Shown in pieces: positions 32,794 to 42,581 of a stretch of 52,032 nucleotides of DNA. Source of the stretch: a virus. Lineage: Duplodnaviria > Caudoviricetes. Numbering within the stretch: position 1 is the stretch's first letter; the number at the start of each line of letters is the position of its first letter. The notes under the pieces are model-generated. The model did no database searches, had not been told where the DNA came from, and saw only the letters and a list, made by a program, of their open reading frames with translations. Position numbers and translations under genes: made by a program. The stretch is from the IMG/VR virus record IMGVR_UViG_3300044825_000404, positions 1 to 52,032 of that record. The stretch is one strand, 5' to 3'.

Positions 32794-35700
32794 GTGCTGT
32801 ACCCGCGAACATCACCGATGTCGGCATCCACGATTACCTTACCCGCCTGATAGTTGCCATCCACGACGTTTGACACGAACTTCAAGCGCAACAAGCGCCG
32901 CTGTTCCTTCATGTCAATTTTGCCTGTCGTTGGACTAAAGGTATATGGGTTTGAGACCTGATCTTGCTCTTTCGGGTAGGGACGACCCACGACATACAAG
33001 TCCATGTCGCCCTGCTGCACGAAGTCAGGCTCCACCCGCTCCAGGCGCAGCCACCGGTTCTCGCCCACCGGAGAGGGCTGAGAGGGGCCGCCTGCGATCA
33101 GACCCAGGTCAGAAGTCGTGAACGAACTCTCGATGGCCAGGACGTTGGTGCCCTGAACGACATTCGTGCCGTACTCGTGCTGCCACAGGGAGACCTCGTT
33201 CGTATTGTTCTCCTCCCACCCTGCGTTGATGGGAAAGCGGAACACCTGCGAGAAGTACCCGGCAGAACGACGACCACCAAGAGCCTCGCCTAGGTCGTAC
33301 CAAGTGTTCTCTCGGATGTTGTAGATGATCGCGTCGTTGCACTCGGTAGAGTCGCCGCGGGGGTAGAACCACCAGATCTCGCCGAACCGGGGAACCTTCG
33401 TAGCCCAAACCTTCTGCGACTGCGAGTAGTTCAGGTTGTCGAAGAAGTGGTTCTGGTTCATGTCGTTGGGGATCTCTTTGACCACACCGTTGTACAACAT
33501 GAACCGGTCCACGCCGATCCAGAAATAGATACCGTCGTACTCAATAACGCACTGGCTTGACAGGATCGAGGTCTGACTGGAGATGATGTCGTAGCGCCAA
33601 TACTGTGGAGGCGTACCCGTCCCGCCGATGTAAGACACCCGGATCAGGCTGTCCAGGCTCCAGAACAGGCCAGAAGGCGCGTTGGAGCCGCCTCGAACGG
33701 GAAGACCCTTGACGATCTTGCCGGTGGCCACGTTCGTTTCGTTGGCGTCTGGCGAGTTCCAGTCGGTCGGATCTCCCGCAGAACAGTTCTTGATCAGGCC
33801 GTCATTGCCGTACACAAACACATACGGATGCAGGGCCACAACCCCGCCAGAGACGCTGATCACGCTACCCGTAGGATTCGCACCTCCGGTGTCTTTCAGG
33901 GGATAGACATCCGATCCGGTGATGTCGCCGTACAGAACAGGCGTGTTGATCGTGCTGTCGATCTGAGCGAGGTTCTGGCCAGGATGAGCCAACAGCAGGT
34001 TTTCACCCCCGGTGACGCTGTATAGACCATCGAACTGCCACAGGTTGTTCGGACTGGCCGTGAACTGCTCATCCACAGTGGCCACATCAATTGAGAACCC
34101 GTTGCTGTTGTAAGTTGCAGATACCGGGACGGAGAACCCAGAACTTTGGTTGACCGACAGAACCGTGAACTGGAACCCTGAACTGGCGATTGTGAAGGTC
34201 ACCGGGATTGAGAATCCTCCGGCGCTTCCGAGAGATGCCACGGGTACGGAGAAACCGGAACTTGAGTACACCGTGTTGACCACGACCGAGAAGCCGCTAC
34301 TGGTCACCACCGTGGCCACAGGGAACGAGAAGCCGGTGCTGTTGTAAACCGCCGTGACAGGCACGACGAACCCTGCACCAGTGCCGCCGATGTCCGTAGC
34401 GTTGGCTGACAGGATGTTGGTGGCGATGTAGCCGCGGCCGCGACTGGTGATGGTTACCGCAGTAACAGCCCCGCCGGATACGGTGATGGAGGCTTGAGCA
34501 CCAGTCCCAGAGCCGCCGATCAGCGGGACATTCGTGTAGGTCACCGTAGCATTGATCGTGGCCACAGGCACCGAGAAACCGCTTCCCGTACCGCCGATGC
34601 TTGACGCTAGAGCGGACAGACTGTCACCGGGTTGATAGCCGCTACCGCGATCAACGATGGTCACGGTCGTGACAACGCCGCCCGCAACCGTGATGTCTGC
34701 AGTCGCATCAATCCCAGAACCAGTCAGAGAGGTCAGCGAAACGCCAGTGTAAGTGCCGTTCGTGTATCCAGAGCCGCCAACGACCGTCCCCAGGGTGGCA
34801 ATCTCATTACCTGTGTATCCAGAGCCGCCGGTGATCGCTCCAAGCGTCTGCACACCGTTACCAATCGCGGATGCCGCGGCGCTCATGGTGTTGGCAACCG
34901 TGTATCCGTTGCCCTTGGTCGTGATCGTGACCGAGGTCACCGTGTTGCCAGAAACAACAATGGTGGCCTTTGCACCAGTACCGGACCCGCCTGTCAGAGA
35001 GACATTGGTGAATGTGCCGTTGGTGTAGTTAGAACCACCCGTGATCGCGCCGATCGTGTCGATGCCGTTGACAAACCCACCAAGATCAGAAGCGGCCGCG
35101 CTCAAGGTGTCCGAAGCGGTGTAGTTGATGCCTCGATCAGTCAGGGTGACCGATGTCACCGTCCCAAGCGCCACCACAATAGTGGCCTTGGCGCGGGATC
35201 CAGTGCCCCCAGTCAGGGACACGTTCGTGTACGTCCCGTCCGTGTAGTTGGTTCCACCAGTCGGAGCGTTGAGTGTGTTGATGCCGTTGCCGATCAGCGC
35301 AGCAGAACAACTCAGGCTGTCGGCCACGGTGTAGTTCTGACCAGGGTTGGTCACAGTAACTGCCGTCACTGCGTTTCCAGAGACCACGACAGTCGCTGTA
35401 GCACCAGTACCAGTACCACCCGTCAGGGGAACCGCGGTGTAGGTGCCGTTCGTATAGTTCGATCCGCCGGTGATGGCACCAAGAGTTGCGACCCCGTTTG
35501 TGAATCCGCCTAGGCTTGCAGAGAGACTGTCTCCGATGGCGTAATTCACCCCAGGCGCAACGAGTTGGACGGCAGAGACAGAGTTGTTGGAGACGATGAT
35601 GTTCGCCGTCGCGCCAGTGCCAGACCCACCGGTCAGGGGTGTGTCTCGATAGATTCCAATCGCGCTGATCGTGGTGGACGCGACCGACTGGCTCCTATTG

Positions 35701-37370
35701 ATGTTGTAGGTGCCCGCGCCACCAGTGCCGGTTCCAAGAGCAGTGATGACCGTGTCATCCGCAACGCCTGCGCCGAAGATGGTCTGCCCTACAGCGAACG
35801 TGCCGGTGATCGTCCCGCCTACGGTCAGAACAGTTCCAGAGATGGAGGATGCGCTTCCGGAGGCTGTCGAAGAGTTGGTGTAGAACCCACCACCCGTGAT
35901 ACCGCCAAGGGACGCGATCACGCCAGACACCCCGCCGATGTCTTCTGCGGGAGCCGACAAGACATTACCAACAGCATATCCACTGCCGTTGTTCGTCAGC
36001 GTAACCCTTCCAACACCTTCTGTGGTCAGCGTTGCAACATCACACTGGAATCCGGTACTGGTTGCGACGGAGTTGATAACGATGAACAAGCCCGAACCAG
36101 ACCCTCCAACATCAGAAACATTGGCCTGCAGAACTTGCCCGAAGGCATACCCAACCCCGCCATAGACAAGCGTTGCGGAGATGACAGTGCCGCCAGACAC
36201 GACGAGCGTTGCTCGAACACCAGTTCCGCTGCCGCCCGTCAATGGAACATTGGGGTAGGTTCCATCAACATAACCAGAGCCCCCGGTGCTCACAAAAAGA
36301 GAAGTTACTCCCTTGCCAATACTGTTGACCGAGCAACTCAGCACATCGTTGACGGTGTAGTTGTTCCCGCCAAAAGTCACCGCGACAGACACCACATTCC
36401 CGCCAGAAACGGTGATGGTGGCCAGTGCTCCGGTTCCAGTTCCTCCGGTCAGAGCGACATTGGGGAACGACCCGTTGGTGTACCCGCTTCCGCTGACGAT
36501 GTTGTCAACCGTGGCGATGCCGTTCTGCAGGACTTCCACTGTCCCCACAGCATTGATGCCGCTACCGCCCGTGAAGGACACATTGGTGTAGGTTCCAGGC
36601 GTGTACAGAGAGCCAGGAACCAAAAGGCCGTAGGTGTTGATGATGCCGGTCAGGCCGCCGATGTTGGCAGGCGTTGCGCTCAGGACATCCCCAACGGTGT
36701 ACCCCACGCCACGATTGGCCGCCACAATGCCCGTCACGGCCCCGCCAGAGACCGTGATGTTCGCCGTTGCCCCACTTCCTGTGCCGCCGGTCATCGGAAC
36801 GCTGAGGTAGGTCCCGTTCGTATACAGAGAACCGCCCGTGATTGAGCCGTAGGTCTGCACTCCATTCCCAATCGCAGAAGGCGCACAGGACAAGGTATCC
36901 CCAGGCAGGTAGCCGTTGCCGCCATCTGTAAGGGTCACGGAAGAGACCGCGTTCGCGGTGACCACAATCGTGGCCTTAGCGCCGAACCCAGATCCACCGG
37001 TCAGATCGACATTGGTAAAGGTTCCGTTGGTGTACTCAGATCCACCGACAAGCGTGTTCAGCGTGAGGATCGGGCCTGAGATGCTGAAGTTTGTGATGCC
37101 TGCGCCGATGCCTTCGTTCGTGATCGGAAGCACCTGCAAGCCATCAGACCATCCATTGAAGACGCTTGTGAAGCCATCCGCCGGATTGACGTAGATGCCC
37201 CGAGAAGGCCCGCTCAACGCATCCGTGATCTGACGGTATCCGCCGATCTTGCGGGGACGACCCCGCTGAAAGCGAACCCACTGGCCATCGGTGTAGAACT
37301 CCTTGTCAAAGAGAGTTCCATCCCGCTGAATGCCGGACTTGGTGTCGAGCGCGAATACCTTCTTGGTCAT
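32790..37370 (-). CDS. Tail nozzle / P22 gp10-like stabilisation protein with a ~1000-aa Gly/Thr module insertion
   Basis: N-terminal WVRFQRGRPRKIGGY and C-terminal propeller-like FGEIWWFYP, YNIRENTWY and RVEPDF segments, with GGSxYTNGTYTNVxLTGGxGxGA repeats between them. Confidence 0.75.
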   Translation of the reverse strand: MTKKVFALDTKSGIQRDGTLFDKEFYTDGQWVRFQRGRPRKIGGYRQITDALSGPSRGIYVNPADGFTSVFNGWSDGLQVLPITNEGIGAGITNFSISGPILTLNTLVGGSEYTNGTFTNVDLTGGSGFGAKATIVVTANAVSSVTLTDGGNGYLPGDTLSCAPSAIGNGVQTYGSITGGSLYTNGTYLSVPMTGGTGSGATANITVSGGAVTGIVAANRGVGYTVGDVLSATPANIGGLTGIINTYGLLVPGSLYTPGTYTNVSFTGGSGINAVGTVEVLQNGIATVDNIVSGSGYTNGSFPNVALTGGTGTGALATITVSGGNVVSVAVTFGGNNYTVNDVLSCSVNSIGKGVTSLFVSTGGSGYVDGTYPNVPLTGGSGTGVRATLVVSGGTVISATLVYGGVGYAFGQVLQANVSDVGGSGSGLFIVINSVATSTGFQCDVATLTTEGVGRVTLTNNGSGYAVGNVLSAPAEDIGGVSGVIASLGGITGGGFYTNSSTASGSASSISGTVLTVGGTITGTFAVGQTIFGAGVADDTVITALGTGTGGAGTYNINRSQSVASTTISAIGIYRDTPLTGGSGTGATANIIVSNNSVSAVQLVAPGVNYAIGDSLSASLGGFTNGVATLGAITGGSNYTNGTYTAVPLTGGTGTGATATVVVSGNAVTAVTVTNPGQNYTVADSLSCSAALIGNGINTLNAPTGGTNYTDGTYTNVSLTGGTGSRAKATIVVALGTVTSVTLTDRGINYTASDTLSAAASDLGGFVNGIDTIGAITGGSNYTNGTFTNVSLTGGSGTGAKATIVVSGNTVTSVTITTKGNGYTVANTMSAAASAIGNGVQTLGAITGGSGYTGNEIATLGTVVGGSGYTNGTYTGVSLTSLTGSGIDATADITVAGGVVTTVTIVDRGSGYQPGDSLSALASSIGGTGSGFSVPVATINATVTYTNVPLIGGSGTGAQASITVSGGAVTAVTITSRGRGYIATNILSANATDIGGTGAGFVVPVTAVYNSTGFSFPVATVVTSSGFSVVVNTVYSSSGFSVPVASLGSAGGFSIPVTFTIASSGFQFTVLSVNQSSGFSVPVSATYNSNGFSIDVATVDEQFTASPNNLWQFDGLYSVTGGENLLLAHPGQNLAQIDSTINTPVLYGDITGSDVYPLKDTGGANPTGSVISVSGGVVALHPYVFVYGNDGLIKNCSAGDPTDWNSPDANETNVATGKIVKGLPVRGGSNAPSGLFWSLDSLIRVSYIGGTGTPPQYWRYDIISSQTSILSSQCVIEYDGIYFWIGVDRFMLYNGVVKEIPNDMNQNHFFDNLNYSQSQKVWATKVPRFGEIWWFYPRGDSTECNDAIIYNIRENTWYDLGEALGGRRSAGYFSQVFRFPINAGWEENNTNEVSLWQHEYGTNVVQGTNVLAIESSFTTSDLGLIAGGPSQPSPVGENRWLRLERVEPDFVQQGDMDLYVVGRPYPKEQDQVSNPYTFSPTTGKIDMKEQRRLLRLKFVSNVVDGNYQAGKVIVDADIGDVRGYST

Positions 37371-38614
37371 CAGAATGTTCCGCCGGAGATGCCGCCAGAG
37401 AAGGTGCCGGTTCCCGTGACAGAGGTGCCTGTCGCTGTCACATCAAGAATCAGGCTTCCCAACACAGACACACCAAAACGCCCCGCCCCAGGCCGATAGA
37501 TGCCGGTGGTGGTTTCGGTGGCAAAGTTCAGTCCAGGATTGCCCGCGGTGCCATTTGGAATGCTGACGGCCGAAGCGCCTGCCTGGGTAGTGTTGGCATT
37601 GAAAAAATTGATGCCGTCACAGATGAGTGTGGCCTGACCGCCGGGAGGAACGACGGCGTTGGCTCCTCCGACCGCTCCGGTGGTCAAGGTCAAGGTAAAC
37701 CCGTTGGGGGTGGTCTGGTTGGAAACCACATACAGGTTCGAGACCGGCGGATAGGTCACCGTGACATTGGATACCAAGTTGCCGGTGTAATACTGGATCG
37801 TGTTGGATGCCTCGGAAGCACTCAGCGTGTACGCGCCACCAGTCACCGGCTTGGTCAGCACAGTGAAGGAAAACTGAGTTGACTGCCCGTAACCAACCGT
37901 GACAAAGGCCGTTCCGGTGCAGATGATGAAGGCAGACTCACCAGGTGCAAAGGACTTGGTTACATCACCGTCCAGGCTCTCAGAACTCGTGGTTCCAATA
38001 GTTACCGTGCCGGTGCCGTTGTTCTTGAACAGAACGAACCAGTTGTTTCCGAGAGTGGATGCGTTGGGAAGGGTTGCGGTAGTAGCACCACCAGACCAGA
38101 TGTAGGTCTGAGCCCTGTCCGCCGAAGCAAAGGTGTAGGTCGCCACCATGGACACAGACGGGTGGCTTTGGTTCAGCGTAGCGCCACTTGCGACAAGTCC
38201 AAGCCCTGCCAGGGTCGCGGCATCAGCAGCAGAGGTTCCAACACCGAATGCGATGTTGCCCCAGGTGCCCTGCTCGTTGGCGTTCGAGGTGATGTAGATG
38301 TACTTGGTCTCGCCTGCGGCCACCGTGATGATGGTGTTTGTTCCGGCGTAGTCCTTGACCGTGAAGGTGTTCGCGCCGACGTTGCGGATCAGGGCATCGT
38401 TCCCAACAGAAGTCTGATTCGCGGGCGGCATCCAAAGAGACAAGCCTCCCGAGGAGGCCGTCACATTCATGATTCGCGCTGCGTAGTCGTCGGTGGCGTT
38501 TCCGTTGATCGGCCACTCAAGTTGAGTGTTGGCCGAAAGGGTCACCGCTCGGAAAGAAACATCCGTCGGTTGGATGACGGTGCCGGTGAAGGGTGAGTTG
38601 TAACTCATGGTCAA
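37370..38614 (-). CDS. Tail/virion structural protein
   Basis: 414 aa, beta-rich, in the structural module between adaptor and nozzle. Confidence 0.65.
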   Translation of the reverse strand: MTMSYNSPFTGTVIQPTDVSFRAVTLSANTQLEWPINGNATDDYAARIMNVTASSGGLSLWMPPANQTSVGNDALIRNVGANTFTVKDYAGTNTIITVAAGETKYIYITSNANEQGTWGNIAFGVGTSAADAATLAGLGLVASGATLNQSHPSVSMVATYTFASADRAQTYIWSGGATTATLPNASTLGNNWFVLFKNNGTGTVTIGTTSSESLDGDVTKSFAPGESAFIICTGTAFVTVGYGQSTQFSFTVLTKPVTGGAYTLSASEASNTIQYYTGNLVSNVTVTYPPVSNLYVVSNQTTPNGFTLTLTTGAVGGANAVVPPGGQATLICDGINFFNANTTQAGASAVSIPNGTAGNPGLNFATETTTGIYRPGAGRFGVSVLGSLILDVTATGTSVTGTGTFSGGISGGTF

Positions 38615-38617
38615 TCC

Positions 38618-39247
38618 TTAACTGTCAACAGCCACCGCCTGACGATCAGCCACGCGCAACTTGTCCTCGTTGATGAGGGTGGCCATGATGGCGTCGTACT
38701 GCTGTTGCCACATCGGCATCCGCTCGTCGTTCTTCAAGAACGGCATGGCCTGCAGCAAAGACCCGTACAGAAGAGCCTGGGGAGCGTAGATGGTGAACCA
38801 GTTGGTCTGATTCGTCGCATCCAAAGGCTGAATCCGCTCGTAGTACAACACCTCAAAGTTGTAGGCGGCGTCAGGAGTAGGAGCCACCAACCAATGGGTG
38901 TAGTCGTAGTCGCAGTAGAACTTTGGGATGCTTTCTTGGGCGGGGTCGGGCCAATACTCGCGCAGGTATTCATACCTACGCAACAGAACCGGATACCGCT
39001 TACCCGCCACCGTAATGTTCATCGAGACGGTTTTGTGCCACCGGGCGGGCTTGTCGATGATGTTGGCCCCCTGCACCATGGCGCTTTGTTGCACCGTCAG
39101 GTTGCCTAGAAACTTGATCTGTGCCGCGATCACCTGCTCGGCGAGCATGATGAAAGTCGGGATTTTGTCAACGGTGGCCTGATCCGTCCGCTCCAGATAA
39201 GACTGGATGTCGGCGACCAAGGAGGAGTAAGTCATCGTGACGGCCAT
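38618..39247 (-). CDS. Head-tail adaptor-like protein
   Basis: MTYSSLVADIQSYLER...IPTFIMLAE...APTPD...LLYGSLLQAMPFLKNDER. Confidence 0.75.
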   Translation of the reverse strand: MAVTMTYSSLVADIQSYLERTDQATVDKIPTFIMLAEQVIAAQIKFLGNLTVQQSAMVQGANIIDKPARWHKTVSMNITVAGKRYPVLLRRYEYLREYWPDPAQESIPKFYCDYDYTHWLVAPTPDAAYNFEVLYYERIQPLDATNQTNWFTIYAPQALLYGSLLQAMPFLKNDERMPMWQQQYDAIMATLINEDKLRVADRQAVAVDS

Positions 39248-39639
39248 TACCACACCTTCTTCTTGATCGACTCGGGTTGCGGAACAAACTGCTTGCCTTG
39301 CCTAGTTCCCTCGCGCTTGGCTCGGGTGGTAGCCGCATATTCCGCTGAGGAGAGTTTCTCCCGAGCGGCCTTGGGCAGATACCTTTCGCCAGTCGCCTCA
39401 GGGCCTTGAGTGGAGGGCTTCCCGGACTTAGTTCCCCAGTCCTCTTTAGTCCACTTTGAGAGCGAATTATCGGCACTTTTTGGCCCCTTGTAACCCCCTC
39501 CAGAGCCTTTGTATCTCTGAGTGGCTAATTGAGCCTTGCGGGCGCTCCACTGACCCGGTTTACCGCCCTTATCGGAAGCCTTGACCGACGCGACGATCCG
39601 CTTCCACTTTTCAGGGTTGGTTTTGACAGCAGAACTCAT
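39247..39639 (-). CDS. Basic conserved phage protein
   Basis: GGKPGQWSARKAQL...LSKWTKEDWGTKSGKPS...GERYLP motifs. Confidence 0.7.
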   Translation of the reverse strand: MSSAVKTNPEKWKRIVASVKASDKGGKPGQWSARKAQLATQRYKGSGGGYKGPKSADNSLSKWTKEDWGTKSGKPSTQGPEATGERYLPKAAREKLSSAEYAATTRAKREGTRQGKQFVPQPESIKKKVW

Positions 39640-39641
39640 AT

Positions 39642-40124
39642 TCACCCCATCAAGGCCCGTTCGGCCTCACGACGACGAACCAAGCCAGGAAGAACCCGAC
39701 CGCCGCCCCGGACCCAGAGCATCAACTGCTCCTTTGCGCCCTCCCAGTCCTGGGCGTTGATCTTCCGACGAAGCGTTGAGGTCTGCAGGCGGCCGACTCC
39801 CAGGTTGTACGCAAAATCCACGATCGCGTTGAACTTAGCCCAGTCATTTTCCCGAAGGGCCAAAGTCAAGAGAATCGGGCACTGCCGCACCACCCCTGGG
39901 GCATAGGTGTTGAGCAGGTCCACCTTGAGCCACTGTTCTGCAGTCTCACGAGTGATGGGCGGGTCGTTCATCGTAACCTTGCGCCCATCCGGCCGGAAAA
40001 CAGTCCCGTAGCCCTGCGTAGGGAACCCGGCAGGGCAGACATACGGATAGATCAGACCATCCGACCCAACTCGGTGTAAACCCTCAAACCGACGGCAGAG
40101 TTCCTCTGCGATGTCAAGTTTCAT
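39642..40124 (-). CDS. Endolysin, phage lysozyme (GH24)
   Basis: FEG...YVCPAGFPTQGYG, FAYNLGVG and GGRVLPGLVRRREAE. Confidence 0.93.
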   Translation of the reverse strand: MKLDIAEELCRRFEGLHRVGSDGLIYPYVCPAGFPTQGYGTVFRPDGRKVTMNDPPITRETAEQWLKVDLLNTYAPGVVRQCPILLTLALRENDWAKFNAIVDFAYNLGVGRLQTSTLRRKINAQDWEGAKEQLMLWVRGGGRVLPGLVRRREAERALMG

Positions 40125-40615
40125 AGCCCACGCTGCTTGAGGGTACGGTCAAGGAACCAGTAGTTGATCGTCCCCGAGACTAGAGCCATGAAGTCGGCCG
40201 TCATCATGGTCTCGAACACCTCACGGGGCGCAGCGCCCTGGAGCCATGCGTTCCAGGCAAACCACAGGTGTACGAAGGACCACAGCAGGATCACCCAGTA
40301 GGTGACCACCGGCCGCACCGAGGCGGACAGAGATGCCGCCCATCCTCCGGCCGCCTTGGCCATCTCGGCCTGCTGATTGATGGCAGCGTTGAAGGCTTCC
40401 ATGACTCCGGTGTCGATGGCCTTGTCACGCTCGGCCCCGATTTCGGCCAACTTCTGCTGACCGCGGATCTGTTCCAACTCGCACTGGCGGTTGAACATCA
40501 GCAGTTCATGGCTGCGCTCGTTCTTCTTGTCAAAGAACTTCAGGACTTCCGGGGCAAGCCGGAAGATGCCCCCGAGCAGGGAGCCGAAGATGCCGCCGCT
40601 AAGTAGTTCAAGCAT
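40121..40615 (-). CDS. Holin-like membrane protein
   Basis: SVRPVVTY plus TM helices and a YWFLDR tail; directly upstream of the lysozyme. Confidence 0.65.
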   Translation of the reverse strand: MLELLSGGIFGSLLGGIFRLAPEVLKFFDKKNERSHELLMFNRQCELEQIRGQQKLAEIGAERDKAIDTGVMEAFNAAINQQAEMAKAAGGWAASLSASVRPVVTYWVILLWSFVHLWFAWNAWLQGAAPREVFETMMTADFMALVSGTINYWFLDRTLKQRGL

Positions 40616-40979
40616 TGCTGCCTCCGGTGGAGATTACATCGTCACCTTTGGTGACCGTGACACGATCTCCTTGCACTGTCACGCGCATAGGCTGTTCGGG
40701 CTTGTCGAGCCGGTCGAGTTTCTCAATGAGGGTTTGGATGACCTTGAACTCAGGCTTCTCCTGCTTTTCGGCCGTACCGGCGATTCCGTTCATCATGTTG
40801 ATGAGGGCTACCAAAGCGCCACCGATCATCGTCATCACCGCAGTGATGGCCGCTTCCGACAGGAAGTACGAAGAGCCCACCCCGATCAGCACGATCAGGG
40901 TGATGTAGAAGAGGCCAAACCTGCCGATGGATTTACCGGCAACTTCCTTGGCAGTTTCAATAGGCTTGACCTCTTCCAT
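40608..40979 (-). CDS. Two-TM membrane protein (lysis region)
   Basis: Two hydrophobic helices. Confidence 0.65.
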   Translation of the reverse strand: MEEVKPIETAKEVAGKSIGRFGLFYITLIVLIGVGSSYFLSEAAITAVMTMIGGALVALINMMNGIAGTAEKQEKPEFKVIQTLIEKLDRLDKPEQPMRVTVQGDRVTVTKGDDVISTGGSNA

Positions 40980-40980
40980 G

Positions 40981-41184
40981 TCAGATCCCCAGTAGGTTCT
41001 TCAGGAACACCGCGGCCACTCCAGGCCCAAGAAGTACAGCGACGATCGTGATGTAGAGCAGATACTCGATGTTCCGCATCCGCCTGCTACCGTCTTCGAG
41101 GCGCTTTTCAATGACCTCGTAGCGTTGGGCGCACACAGCCTCATGCACAGCAAACCGGGTTTCAATCGGCTCGTCCACGATCAT
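40981..41184 (-). CDS. Small coiled-coil plus TM protein (holin/hemolysin-like)
   Basis: HEAVCAQRY...IEKRL...TM tail. Confidence 0.65.
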   Translation of the reverse strand: MIVDEPIETRFAVHEAVCAQRYEVIEKRLEDGSRRMRNIEYLLYITIVAVLLGPGVAAVFLKNLLGI

Positions 41185-42392
41185 CCTTTCAGTTTCTCAA
41201 GTTCAGCGGAAAGTTCTTGCACCGCCTTTACTAGGGCGTAGATGACGGCATCAGAAGAGACGGACAGCAACCCGTTGTCATTTGTCCGAACACACTCCGG
41301 CATGACCTGCTGCAGTTCTTGGGCGATAAAGCCCGTCACAAGCCGGTCCGGATCAAGACCGATGGCCAGGGGGACGCCGTTCTCGTCTTTTGGCATCTCA
41401 CCCTCAGGCTTGTAGTTGAAGTTGCGGACGCGCAGTTGCTTGATCTCGGCAAGACCCTTGGGCGAGTCCACGATGTTGCGCTTGATGCGCTCGTCTGAGG
41501 TTGTCTCCCAGGTGGTGACGTTCTTGGCGTTGTAGGCCCCGTTGGTGCCGCCGATGAAGGCCGTCTGCGTACCCTTGCCAGTCAGACCACTGCCGATGAC
41601 CAGTTCAAAAGTGACGTTGTTGGCACTTGCCGCCGCAGAAGTGCCGATGTAGGTGTTGTCAGACCCGGTAGTGAGGTTCGTCGTCGTGGAAGCCGCACCG
41701 TTGCCGATGATGACATTGTTGGAGCCGGTGTTGACAAAGTCACCCGCTTCGTATCCCAAGCAGGTGTTGTTGGTTCCGACATTGATCCGGGCGCCCGCGA
41801 AATAACCAATACCGGTATTACCGGTGCCAGTAGTTATTTTGTTTAGCGCCAAGTAACCAAGGGCTGTTGCGCCGCTTCCGGTATAAGAAGTGCAAGTATC
41901 ATCACCTACAGCAACATTACCAATCCCTGTGCTGTTTGAGACAAGAGAACTTGAGCCAATCGCAATATTGGAGATTCCTGAATTCAAACTTCCTAGAGCG
42001 GTTGATCCTATTGCAATATTGAAACTCGCCGAAATTGCGTTTGCAAGAGCGTTAGATCCAACAGCAACGTTATCACTTCCGGTCGTTAGATCTGCCCCCG
42101 CAAACTCTCCAACAAACACATTTCTAACGCCAGAAGTGACTACAGAACCCGCGGCGTTTCCAAGAAAAGTAGAAGAACCGGGGGTCTCAAATGTGGTCGT
42201 GGTCTTGCCAATCAACGCGGCAGCAGCCTTGGTGGCAATCGTCTGAACAGACCCAGTGCTGTCCTTGTAGAACAACTTCCCATCAAAGGCGTTGATGGCC
42301 AGTTCGCCGTTGGCAAGGTTACCCGCCGTCGGCGCTGCCGAAGGGGTGGCCGAGTAGTAGATCTTGATGGGGGTGTAGCCTGTCTGAGCCAT
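41181..42392 (-). CDS. Tail fibre/spike with C-terminal intramolecular chaperone (peptidase S74-like)
   Basis: GELAINAFDGKLFYKD N-terminus, NxAxG beta-roll repeats, TSDERIKRNI...GFIAQE...LVKAVQEL. Confidence 0.85.
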   Translation of the reverse strand: MAQTGYTPIKIYYSATPSAAPTAGNLANGELAINAFDGKLFYKDSTGSVQTIATKAAAALIGKTTTTFETPGSSTFLGNAAGSVVTSGVRNVFVGEFAGADLTTGSDNVAVGSNALANAISASFNIAIGSTALGSLNSGISNIAIGSSSLVSNSTGIGNVAVGDDTCTSYTGSGATALGYLALNKITTGTGNTGIGYFAGARINVGTNNTCLGYEAGDFVNTGSNNVIIGNGAASTTTNLTTGSDNTYIGTSAAASANNVTFELVIGSGLTGKGTQTAFIGGTNGAYNAKNVTTWETTSDERIKRNIVDSPKGLAEIKQLRVRNFNYKPEGEMPKDENGVPLAIGLDPDRLVTGFIAQELQQVMPECVRTNDNGLLSVSSDAVIYALVKAVQELSAELEKLKG

Positions 42393-42395
42393 GGT

Positions 42396-42581
42396 TCACT
42401 CCTGCTTCTGTTCTTCCTCTTTGGGAGGATCTTGAGGTGCCAACTGGGCTTCTGCCTGCGTCTTGACCTTCATGGCCACAGGGAATGCTCCAGACTTGGT
42501 GGGAAGTTCACTCAGCCCCGCGAGGATGAGTTGGATGTCTTCAATGGTGAGGTTTTTTAGAGTCAGCATATTTTTACTCAA
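42396..42581 (-). CDS. Small tail-fibre assembly-type protein
   Basis: ILAGLSELP...KVKTQAEAQ; lies between fibre genes. Confidence 0.6.
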   Translation of the reverse strand: MSKNMLTLKNLTIEDIQLILAGLSELPTKSGAFPVAMKVKTQAEAQLAPQDPPKEEEQKQE

